This document shows positions 53,165 through 64,000 of a DNA stretch of 64,000 nt, in pieces. Below the pieces are notes generated by a model. That model was given only the letters and a program-made list of their open reading frames with translations. It had not been told where the DNA came from and made no database searches. Each line of letters opens with the position of its first letter. Position 1 is the first letter of the stretch. The stretch is from Camelus ferus (lineage: Eukaryota): assembly GCF_009834535.1 (NCBI RefSeq), contig NC_045696.1, forward strand, positions 66,962,001-67,026,000. Direction: 5' to 3'. The translations under genes and the position numbers were made by a program.

Positions 53165-53475
53165 TGTGAGATTGTGATTTATAATGAGAAATATAGATTT
53201 GATCTTCACCCCAGTTTCTGGTACAGAGCTCCTAAAACCCTGAGAGCAATCAAGTTGTCTTTTTTATGCTAATGAGGTGAATTTTAGAAAGCGTCCAAGC
53301 ATGGGGGCTGGTTGCCAAGACAGTCAAACCGCTGATTAGAAAGCTGAAACTTCCAGTCCCACCCCTGACCTCCGAGGAGGAGGGGAGATGGGCTGAAGAT
53401 TGTGTTCAACCACCAATGATGTCACCTGCTGGTGGCTGAGAATTGCTTGGGGTTGTGTGGGAATATCCCCACCCC

Positions 53476-53510
<35 letters not shown>

Positions 53511-53530
53511 CAGAAACTGGTTCAGGAACC
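53165..53530 (+). mobile_element. MER21-like ERV LTR, internally deleted, containing (CA)n at ~53477-53507
   Basis: CCAGTTTCTGGTACAGAGCTCCTAAAACCCT...GGGGCTGGTTGCCA...CCCACCCCTGACCTCC. Confidence 0.7.
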
Positions 53531-53639
53531 AAAAAAGTGGCCAAGAGAGACATTTTAAGAAAGGTTTTGCTTGAAACAAAAGGTCTTGAGTAATGAAAGC
53601 AACAGTATAGTATATAATTTCCAACGCCATAAAATAGCG

Positions 53640-53823
53640 AAAGAAAATATTGTTAAGAATTACCAAAATGTGACACAGAGACACAAAGTAAGCAAATACT
53701 GTTGGAAAAAAAATGGCTTCCATAGACTTGCCTGACATAGCATTGCTAAAAATTTTCAATTTGTTAAAAATATAATATCTGCGAAACCAATAAAGCAAAG
53801 ATCAGTAAAAGGAGGTGTGCCTA
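53640..53823 (-). mobile_element. Tigger1 DNA transposon 5' end fragment
   Basis: GAATTACCAAAATGTGACACAGAGACAC...TGTTGGAAAAAAATGG...GAGGTGTGCCT matches the reverse complement of the Tigger1 5' end and TIR. Confidence 0.85.
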
Positions 53824-53880
53824 TCTATATCTATATCTATATCTATATCTATATCTATATCTATATCTATATCTATCTAT
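53821..53880. repeat. (CTATAT)n hexanucleotide microsatellite
   Basis: About 9 units, abutting the Tigger1 terminus. Confidence 0.95.
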
Positions 53881-53887
53881 GTCTATA

Positions 53888-54186
53888 TAGTTCAGTTCAA
53901 GTCTGAAAGCCTGAGAAGCAGGAGAGACAATGGTGTAAGTGAGTCCTAGTCTGGGGTTAAGAGAAGACACATGCCCAGAAGACATATTCTCCCTTTTTCC
54001 ACCTTTTGTTTTATTCAGGCTCTTAATGAATTAGATGATGCCCACTGACACTGGACAGGACAATCCACTTTACTTAGCCCACAGATTGAAATGCTAATGT
54101 CATCTAGAAATACCGACATACTTTTTAGCCAAATAACTGGGCACCTTGTGACCCAGGAAAGTTGACACATAATATTAACCATCACA
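53888..54186 (-). mobile_element. ERVL LTR (MLT2-type) fragment
   Basis: Ends AAGTTGACACATAATATTAACCATCACA, the characteristic MLT2 terminus in reverse. Confidence 0.85.
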
Positions 54187-54679
54187 GGAGGCTCAGGACT
54201 TCAGATGACAAGACTTTTATTATAGCACTAGCTCACTACACATGATCATAGCTGACAAGCCCCAGGGCATTATGACCCTAAACTCTTTCTGGATATTTTA
54301 TTCTATATTAACATCTTCATACTGAGCTGTGTTATGTTCCATCATGACACAAACTCAATATATCTAAAAAATGAATTGATTATGTTTCTTCTCTTAGTCA
54401 GATTATACACAACAATAACAAAAAATTCACCCCAAACTGGCTTGAGACAAGAAGGGAAATAATAGACTTATGTAGTTGGAAAGTCCAAATAAAACATTAG
54501 AAGCAACTTGATTTATGGGCTAATATATTTAGGCCTTGCTCTTTTTCTATTTCTCAATTCTATACTGGCTTCATTCTTAGGTAGATTATATCCTTATGGA
54601 AAAAATGATAGGCAGCGGCTTCAGGTCCACATACCATTTCTCAGTAACGCCAACCACAGAGAACACTTCTAAAAGTCAA

Positions 54680-55740
54680 ATAGTTAATAGAATGAATGAT
54701 GTAGCAAAATTATAAATCAATATCAGAAATATCAAAGCCCTTGTATATTAGTAAACTAAAAAACACACTTCAAAATAAATTATGGATTATAGGAATTTCA
54801 TAATTAGTAAAAGTGAATGATATACTTCTGCTTCTGGTTAGGATGGATATAGAAATTCAAAACTTGCTAACAAATAGAACAAGCCATGTAAGCTACAAAA
54901 TCAGTTTTTGAATCCTGCCAGAAGTTTGAAGGTGTACAAATATTAAAACTAAAATATCTTCTAGAATAAGAAAGCCACCCCTATTTTCATGTCTGGTAGA
55001 GCGGTAGGAGTTAGAGGATTCTTCCATAAATGAGGGTAAGTACCCTTTGTGCTTTTTTTGATTTATTCATATAAAAGCTGTGAATACTACAAAATATTAT
55101 CATTTTTGTCTTACGCAGTTAACAGTCCTCTGAACAAATTTAAAGATAAATATTTCAATGCTTATGTAATAAAACATAATGAAGATCTTTCATATTTTTC
55201 CTGGTATTTACCTTTCTGATATTTTTCATTCTTTCCTGAAGATATGGGCTTCCAGCTGGTTTAATTTCCTTTTCTCCCATCAAATTTATCTTCATCATTT
55301 CTTACAGTACCAAAATAATAACAATGTATTTATAGCACATAATTTATTCAGCCAAAAGAAAGCATAAAAGTATTAAGAGGAAATGAAGAACAGATGACCA
55401 AGACAGTAGACTTAAACAACTACACCAGTAATTATATTAAAGTAAAGGAACGAAACACTTCAAGTAAAAGGCAGAGATTATTAGATTGAATCTAAAATGT
55501 AGGATCCACAGTTTGCTGTTTATAACATTATAAAGTTTTAAATTTCTCTCAAAGGAAAAAACGTTGCAATTCTAATAAAAATCCTATAGAATTTTTTAAA
55601 ATTAAATGTGACTAGTTGATCCTAAAAGTCACAAAGAATAGAGCTTCTTGAAAAGCTAAGACAGTGTGGGATAAGAAAACAAGTGGGGGACATACTCTTA
55701 TCTTTTTTCTAGCTTTTTTAAAGCTGCAAGAACAATGTGT
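54680..55740. mobile_element. Mosaic of old L1 fragments
   Basis: Includes CTTCAAGTAAAAGGCAGAGATTATTAGATTG (L1 ORF2 start region, + strand) and other degenerate L1 pieces. Confidence 0.6.
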
Positions 55741-56129
55741 TAGTGCTGGCTAATTAACACAGTTCTGAGCAAAAACTACGTTAAGAAAGTCTGCTGAAGT
55801 GAGGATTAGTGACCTTTTCTTTGCCCATAAAGGCAACAGATTCAAGAGCAGAGTGTACAAGCCATCCCTCTGCCTCTCCCTTCTTCTATTGAACATTGAA
55901 GTGATGTAGTGGCACTCATTCTGCAACCATAGGATGATAAGCATGAAGAAGAAAAGACAACATACTTAGGATAATGCAACGGAAAGATGGCTGAGCCTGA
56001 TTTTCTTGATTACATTAATGATCTGCAGAAGCAATGCTAGCAACTTCTTATGTGGGAAAAATAAACCTCAATTATGTAATCACTGTTATCATGAATTCTT
56101 TTGATTACCATCATACCTATTTCTAGCTA

Positions 56130-56640
56130 TTCTAATTTCTAAAAAAAGAACTGCAAATTAAACAACAGTCACTTTCAAATCCCCTACCATCATACTGGCA
56201 CAATCAACAAGTTTGATAATGCCAAAGAGTGAAGCAGAGAAGGCAAAGGGGTTCTTAACGCTGCGTAAGTGGGTCTGCAAATTGGCACAACCACTCTGGA
56301 GAACAATTAGCAGCATTTAACGAAATTTAGAGTCATGGATAAGCTACAACACAGAAGTGAATCTCCACTTCTCTAGGGAGATATTCTCACATCTATGCGA
56401 GGAAATATGCAAAATATGTTTATTGCCCTTAAGAATAAATAATTGGAGGGGAGAGGGTATAGCTCAGTGGAAGAGCAACTGCTTAGCATCACGAGGTCCT
56501 GGTTTCAATCCCTAGTACCTCCATTAAAAAAAACAAAAAAAAAACAGAAGAAGGAAGAAGGAATAATTGGAAACCTATGTATCAACCAATCAATCAATTT
56601 TGAGAAAAATTAATTAAGGCAATGAAAATAAAATACATAC
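56130..56640 (+). mobile_element. Old L1ME ORF2 3' fragment hosting a SINE
   Basis: AAATTGGCACAACCACTCTGGAGAACAATT motif. Confidence 0.7.
56448..56561 (+). mobile_element. tRNA-Ala-derived SINE (Vic-1 type, short form)
   Basis: GGGGAGAGGGTATAGCTCAGTGG...TCAATCCCTAGTACCTCCA runs directly into an A-rich tail. 10-bp TSD AATAATTGGA at 56438-56447 and 56562-56571. Confidence 0.9.
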
Positions 56641-57029
56641 ACATAAATAAATGCTTGGGAAGTGTTTTACATACAATTATATCTACCTTAAGTTTCTTTA
56701 AATGAAAAGCGCATTTTCCTAGGGTTGGTGTATTAGCATGCATTTTCATGGTATCACTGCTTTATTTGGATAATAATTTTAATGCAAAGATTTCAAAGTA
56801 GTTTATACTTTATAGTAATGATTTACATATTATAGGCATTTACAATGAGGGAATCATGTCAGCATCCATTATTTTCTATAATATTAACAATAACCCTGTT
56901 AATTAGAAAGGGCAAGAATGATAAATATAATGGGGAAACCGAGACCTTGAAGGAAAAAGTGCTAACCAGAAGGCTACATAGCCAGTTATTTTCTCCACGT
57001 TGGTCAAGTGGATTTTTCATGTTAATCTT

Positions 57030-57245
57030 TTTTTTTTTTAACATTTTTATTGATTTATAATCATTTTACAATGTTGTGTCAAATTCCGGTGTACAGCACA
57101 ATTTTTCAGTTATACATGAACATACATATATTCATTGTCACATTTTTTTTTCTGTGAGCTACCATAAGATCTTGTATATATTTCCCTGTGCTATACAGTA
57201 TAATTTTGTTTATCTATTCTACAATTTTGAAATCCCATCTATCCC
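57030..57245 (-). mobile_element. Young 5'-truncated lineage-specific L1
   Basis: Poly(T) on +, L1 3'UTR text, and a perfect 14-bp TSD TTCATGTTAATCTT at 57016-57029 and 57246-57259. Confidence 0.92.
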
Positions 57246-58929
57246 TTCATGTTAATCTTAATTCTCAAACTCCTTCATTTGAAATTTCCAACACATTTTT
57301 CCTTGCTTACTATTAGCCAGAACAGATTTGCATGCCACTCCAAACCAATCAGTGGCAAAAGGGAAAGACATTAACAAAAGTGTTAGCCTTAAATAAGGTC
57401 CACCCTCTGGGATTACTGAAGGTTGGAGCCACCCTTCCTGAGCATACTGTTAACTCAAACCCCAAGAGAAGCAAATTCTGTTAATAAAAAAAGAGACGGG
57501 ACACTAGATGGGTAATCTAACAGTGTCTTCCCCAACAAGCATACTGCACTTTCCTTTCATTTAAACCATTCCTTTGTGCTAGATGACGTCAGGTCGAAAA
57601 GAGTCCAGGAGGCAGATACTGCTCTCTAAATATAAACAAATACGAATAAGAGAGGACATCCACCATTCCCCCAACTGCTCGAATTTTGGTCAACTTTTTT
57701 TTTTAGCTCCTTTGAACGCACATACCAGAACATACATGCTAGTGTAGCTAGAATTTTGCACGAAATGAGAGATATTACATTCATTCAACTCAGTTAAATT
57801 TCATCGTCGGGTTGTCAATTCTTTAAAGGCAGGAATATTCTTCACCATTTTGTTCCTGGAGTCTCAGCCGGTGACTTCCACATAATACGTGCTCAACATG
57901 TTCTAAATTGTTAAATCTTGTTATTTCATACCATTTCTCATCATTGTCTTGTCTCCACTGAAACTCCCCCACTAGACACTTTGTTCCTCCATAAAGTGTT
58001 AAAGTAATACCAATACTTATCTAGTACTGATTTCGTGCCAAGCACTCTTCTTTTTTTATTTATTCCCCCTTGTTAAATTAATCACCCAGAAAGTCATGAA
58101 GTCACATTTTCCATGCCTCTCTTAATCTTACAGCTAGTGATCACAGACAGAGGAAAACAAAACACCCCACCAGAAAGTGCTACACGTAAGTTACCAGCAT
58201 AGTGAATAGTGAACAGATAGTTTAGAACAGGGAGATGTGTTATTGAGAGAGATACTCTTAACACCTCAATTCATGAGCCCTGGAACCCCTTCGCCAGGTG
58301 CTTTGCATCTAGAGAAGTAAGTGGGCCAGGAAGTTACCTCACACCAGACACAGGACACCCATGGCTGTGGAAAGTCCCCTGAAGTCACTGGAACATACAC
58401 AGGAGTGTGTGTCTGTGGATATAAATATAAAATGCTTCACTCACCCCGGCCCCCGAAGCTGACCTTATTTGTCAGTACTACCTTGACTGGGTCTGGAGGG
58501 CAAGGGAAGAAGAACGTCTTGACTAGCTGATGGCGTGACAGATGCAGGAGAGGCGTGTGTTCTCGAGATGTGGAGGAAGCTGGCATGGTGCGCCTGCGTC
58601 CTCACCTTTGCTGCCCTCAGAGTCCTGTTGGCAGAGGAAGCCATACTGACTCAAGTGGCCTCCTTCTCCGGGAAGTTCCAAACACTTTTCTGTTCTTCTC
58701 TTTTTTTCCCTTGCACATCTGCTCCATGTACAAATAACCTGATCTCAATTTTTAAAATGGAAATTAGAAAAGAAAAAGGAATTCATTATCTCCACCCCCT
58801 AGCACAATTATTTTAATACTTAAACAAAATTCTTCACAGTCTTTTCCCTATGTTTTTAAAAACAGAACTGTGTTTTCTCGCTAGTCTTTGTTCTGGGTAT
58901 AAAGCAGCAATGTGGAGAAATCTCTACTA

Positions 58930-60210
58930 TAGCAAAGACAATCATAAAATATGTTCAATCCAGGGCAATTTTGAGAAAAAAAAGGGAGTTAAAATTAATT
59001 ATAAATATTTTTGAAATCTTCACTTATTGATCCATAAAATGTTATATGATAGTTATATGATGCTGTATGATACCTGAAAATAGTACTATTCAAAAACCTA
59101 CATTCAAAGATAAAAGTGAATTTTTTTTCACTAAAAAATGTAACATGCATCCATGTACATTAAAGCTGGAAAGAAAAGTTTTCATTTTAATTATCTGAAC
59201 TCAACAACCTGAGTGATCATTGTATATGTTCAAAAACTTCACTAATTTTCTTAGCTACATCTGTTTCTAATACAATGACACTGGTGTTTTTTGAAGAATG
59301 GATTTTTTCCCATATGATACTATTTTTTCTGACATTTGACTGAAATAGTTCTTTAAAGTTGCATTTTACAATTAATAAATTTGAAATTACTGTCATTTTT
59401 CAACTGAATCTTCTCTATAGACATATTTTTAATTGAGAAAATACTCTTTATAGCAGTTGAAATATTTGATAAATACTGCAAAGTTTGTAAAATGCAAGGT
59501 ATTTTCTATTCTAATATATTTTATATAAAAATATATAAATATTTCAGCCCAAATATCTTTGAAAATATGTATTTACCTCTATTTAGAATACATTTCTTCA
59601 ATAAATATTTTTGAGTCAAAACTCATTCAATAAATTGTCTTTTTTTATTCATTTGAAAGTTTCACCAAACTTTGATTCTGTAAAATAAAAGTCCTTCTCT
59701 ATTTTATTTCATTCTAAAACAGAATATAAATTTCTCTAATACGAACAGAAACTTCATTAAAATTATTTTTCTACAAGCTTACATATTCTAAAAAAATTAA
59801 ATAATTTCAAAATTAAATTTTTTACAGTATGAACTTCCATCATTCAATTTATTTTGTTTCTCTTTTGCTTTTATAGGGAAAAATTTCAACATCTTCCTGT
59901 TTGTAAACTTTATTTTCAATAATTATATTTATCTAAATTTTCAAAGCTGAAGTTTTTTATTGCTTCATTCACTGAATATTTAGATCAAAAACTTCCACCT
60001 GATTTTGAGAGAAGTGCAAATAAAATGTATAGGCCTCATTTACAAAAAGCTCAATGCCATTGCAGAGCACGGGTTTATCTGCAAAATAGATCTTTGATAT
60101 TCAAAAATTTCAAAAATCAGTGGATGGCCAGCAGTGCAAAAAGAAAAAAGCTCAGATTTCCATGCTCTAGTATTTTTTATATTCAATGTCAGCTTTATCA
60201 CAAAACTCTC
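58930..60210 (-). mobile_element. hAT (Blackjack-type) DNA transposon fossil with degraded transposase
   Basis: Minus-strand fragments FCDKADIEYKK (~60170-60205) and RVFSQLKI...NLLIVKCNFKE (~59350-59447, hAT C-terminal dimerisation-like), broken by stops and frameshifts. The left end resembles a MER94/Blackjack terminus. Confidence 0.75.
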
Positions 60211-61449
60211 TGTCAAAAGAGGGTACCTCAATATATTTAAACATTTCCTTATTATTAGCCATGGAGCCTAGGTGGACCTTTCTGCCATCGTAGGCAGTGT
60301 AGTAACGGACATGTGTGGCCTTCTGCACGCCAAACTTGCTGGGCTGTCTCATTCTCACTGCTTGCACAATCTTGGAGGTGGCACGAGTTCTATAGAGCTT
60401 TAAGGTTCATCATGCTCTGAATATGAAAGCAGGCCATGATCCCAGTTGTCTCTGGCCTTCCCCCTATTCAGTTGGGTATTTCTAAGGTAACTCCTACATC
60501 TCTGCACACGTCAATATGGTTAGAGGATGGGGAAGAGAAACATGGTACCTGATCTCGGTTTCTCTTCTCTCTCTTATAATCACTAAAACTGGCAGGAATG
60601 GGCTATCCCCTTCTTCTTTTCATCATATAACCAGTATCTTCCTTAAAAAGTAAGAATAAGTCTTTCAGGCTTTAAACTAGAAGATGAGGGAATTCAGGAA
60701 AACTTTTTCTCTCTTAACTAACTTTATATCTCATTACTTTTCTGTGGACATTTGATTCCTATTTTGGTTGTCAGAAACTGAACATTAACTTCTTCTCTCT
60801 CTGCAGTCCTGTTACACCAACACTAATTACCCTCTGAACTTCCCCCTCAACATCACCGTAAACAGTAAAAAAGTGCTTCAGGCTGATTGGGTTAATGTCA
60901 GTTCTATGAAAAGGCAAGAGATAAGCATATTCATATATTTTCAAGGCTATCACCCCTTTTTACAATACATAACTAAAGAAATAATTAGTAGGTGCAAAAT
61001 GTATATATAAGAACACTGTCATCTGATGGATGATATTGACAGGTTGAATCACAAAAGACTTCCTATTGCTGCACCCTATATATGGGAGCACTAGTTTCAC
61101 TGTCTCCTAGTAAGGATTATCAGTTTGAAAAATTTTGCTAACTGAATAACTGAAGAATAATCAAAGGATGATCTTTAGATTTTCTTAATTTTCTTCTAAG
61201 TTCTCTAATTGTGTAGGCAAGGAACTTTGAACTCATGAGAGATTCAATGTAATAACTTGATCTAAGGATGTAAAATGTCAAGGCACGTGGTAAAACCAGG
61301 ACAGAGAGGTTTCAGTTACTGAGAGATCCACAGCTTTTGAATTTCACCCTCCTTTGAAAGCAGGATTTGGTAACCTGGGCTATTACACTGACTATTTAAT
61401 AATGTGATAATCACTTAGATTTGTTTAGCTCTTTCAGGCTTCTAAAGTT

Positions 61450-61640
61450 GTTGCTGTTTTACATACAGAATCTTAATTTTCTGTGAATGCTATGAAGTAT
61501 TATTAATTCCATTTTACACCCAAACTGAGACCCAGAGATCTTAAATGAATTGTTCAAAGTGTATGCAAGGAGCAGAGAGGTATAATAGGAGGTCAGTCTG
61601 AACCGGGATCCTGATTCTACCACTGACTGCCTCTGTCACA
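61450..61640 (-). mobile_element. MIR fragment
   Basis: TTCCATTTTACACCCAAACTGAGACCCAGAGA. Confidence 0.7.
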
Positions 61641-61940
61641 GTGGAGGTTTTCTTACCATCCCCAAGCTGCTTCTTTATCTGCCAATCAAAATGAACAAAG
61701 CTCACCTCAGGGTTGTAGCAAGGAATAAATACCTCCATGCTCATAAAGGACTTTTGATAAAGAGGTTGGAAATAAGAAAGTGTAAACGAATGGTTATTCT
61801 TGTTCAATAATAATGCAGTGTCCTTTCCTTTTTACTCCACTCCTTTTTTAAAAAAAATCTTTCTACGTTTAGAACAATGTCTGACTAATTTACATCTTGT
61901 CATATCAAGGATCAGTAGAGATAAAGAAAGAGAAATTGAA

Positions 61941-62126
61941 TTAGATATAAAATAGATAAATAAGGTCCTACTGGATAGCACAGGGAACCATAATCAATAT
62001 CGTGTAATAAACCATAATGGAAAAGAATATGAAAAAGAATGTGTATATACATGTTTGTATGACTGAGTCACTTTGTTGTAACCAGAAAAAAACACAATAC
62101 TGTGAATCAACTATTCTTTAAGAAAG
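61941..62126 (+). mobile_element. Cetartiodactyl L1 3' end (5'-truncated)
   Basis: AAGGTCCTACTGGATAGCACAGGGAAC...CATAATGGAAAAGAATATGAAAAAGAAT. 16-bp TSD AGAAAGAGAAATTGAA at 61925-61940 and 62127-62142. Confidence 0.92.
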
Positions 62127-64000
62127 AGAAAGAGAAATTGAACCAAAAGGGATTTTACAGTTGAATTTACCTAACAAAATGATAGAATCACCAAAAGCAA
62201 GAACTAAAAGAACAGCATCCATTAACCCCTCTAACCACCTACAGAAACACAGGTGTGGCCAAAGGAAGGACTGGACCACAGCGCCACAGGGAGTCAACTG
62301 CAGATCTGCATTTCCTTACCACCCTGCTCTCTGAAATCATCCAAAGCTTTCAACACAAGGTGTGCTTTATCCTTCTCAAACCGGGCAAGACGAGCCAGAG
62401 GTTTTACCAATGAAAAATGAAGAGGCCAGCCAAAATTCCAGCCAACCCTGCACACTTACTGGGCATTACCGAGTGCCAGGGCCTGGGCCAAGTGCTCTAG
62501 GGGACACAGTGGAGGGTGGCTCTGTCACTGCTCTCCCGTCTAGCGGCGGAAGCAGGCACCCCCGCCAGTAACTTGATTCCAAGCAGACTGTGATAAGTGT
62601 TATCTCAGATCAGTGCAGGAGACAGGTCACACGACTGGAATAGCATGAAGCCAGGCCTGAGGCCGAGGCCCTGCTGTCATTTAGGAACCCTATCGGGTTC
62701 ATCTTGCAGCTTGGCAGTGATCCAAAACCCCTGTAGCTTCTTGTCCTGGGATGCTCCACTGCATCTCCCGGAGTCTACGGTGAAGGCCCCTGGAGTTTGA
62801 GAGTTTCTCAAGACCATTGAGGAGAGAGGTTTGTTCCACTTTGTAAAATAAATGATCCTAGAATGTCTGGGACTGTGGAAAAATGGCCTACCTATATGGG
62901 ACATTTTCTCTCTCCTAGCAAGTCGTAGGAGGTGCCCAACATCAAAACCTCCAGTTTTCTAGCCATTCAGGAAGTGAACTAAACCAAAAATATTAAGTTT
63001 GTTTATTTTTCTGTGGCAACTCTAATCTCATTCAGCTTTGCCTTAGCTCTTTGCACTTCTGCCTCCGCAGCAGGGACCATGAGGTCCTGGTGTGGAGCCC
63101 CTGTGACTCCCCTTGCCCCCACAGCACCTAGGAAAAGCATTATTGGATTAAATCCTCAATCCTCAAAGTCAGCTGAATGAAATTCAGCCTTCTGCTATTC
63201 CTTCAACTCTTCCCCGTTTTCCAACTTGCAGGGAAATTTTCCAAAATGTTCTCAAACTTAGAATTGAAAATGGAAAGGAAGAAATGACCCACTTCTCTAC
63301 TAAATATTACAATTGTGTTAAATTTGCCAAAAAGTAAGGGTTGGGAGAGGAATTAACTTGGCTGCAAAAAGAGAAGAGGCTCTGAGTAAAAGCCCAAAGG
63401 CTTGAGGTCTGCCCCGGGCTCTGCCAGACCTCAGGCAAACTGTCCTCTCTCTGGGTCTGATCTTTTTAAGGACACACGAGGGCCCAGCAGGTTTATTGCC
63501 AAGAGTAGGTTTCTTTCGAGCGATCTATCATTTTAATTATAGTTCTTCTTTCTACTATCTGCAACAATAATAATAATGGTATAATAATTTATAATCTACA
63601 AAGCATTTATAGACGCTTTATTCATATATATATGAATGAAACTGTGCTTTCAACCTTGTAATTTTATAACCAGGGCTTGATGATGTGGAAGAGAGGCAAG
63701 GTGAGCTGGGACATATTCCCCTCCATGCCCCCTCTGAAACAGAGTTGACCTCTAGAGCTACTCTGACCGAGATCAGATGCCTGTGGTCACACTCTGATCC
63801 AAACCAACTGTTGAGGCTTTGGCATGGACTAGTCACTGTGTGAATGTTTCCAAGAAACCCACAAATCTGTGCTTCTATGTGTGCTGGCCAGACCCACCCA
63901 CCAGAGCCCAAGGGAACCTTCAGGCAGAAAAGCCATTTCTCCTCTTTTCTTCTTACCTCATTTTCACTGCCAACCTCTAGTGCACTCTTATGGCTTCAAT

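Noticed and set aside
53406..53798. 130-aa minus-strand ORF
   Set aside because: It runs through Tigger1, a (CA)n repeat and an LTR, so it is a composite artefact.
60167..60367. Possible domesticated hAT transposase gene
   Set aside because: Only a short stretch is open, and the surrounding frames are full of stops and frameshifts.
1..64000. Prokaryotic or viral system (operon, CRISPR, intact ERV, endogenous viral element)
   Set aside because: No long ORFs, regular repeat-spacer arrays or gag/pol/env sequence are visible. The content is typical mammalian non-coding DNA.

Overview
This is mammalian genomic DNA, most likely from a camelid, because it carries three copies of a tRNA-Ala(AGC)-derived SINE of the Vic-1 type plus cetartiodactyl-type L1 3' ends. 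I found no credible protein-coding exon, true RNA gene, CpG island or CRISPR array. The short ORFs are spurious or are degraded L1 and hAT transposase fragments. The window looks intergenic or deep intronic and is dense with old repeats: L1M, L2, MIR, MER5, Tigger1/Tigger5, a Blackjack-type hAT fossil, MLT1/MLT2, LTR16, LTR33, a MER21-like LTR and an ERV1-type solo LTR. Between the repeats are several unique blocks that look regulatory. I did not find a novel biological system. The best leads are a 44-bp locally templated insertion with a fold-back junction (22274-22317, copied from 23499-23542), a candidate RFX/TATA promoter with a short first exon (about 28380-28670), several motif-dense enhancer-like blocks, and an unidentified ~545-bp insert splitting a MIR. 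Repeat subfamily names and the boundaries of old repeats come from recalled consensus sequences and are approximate.
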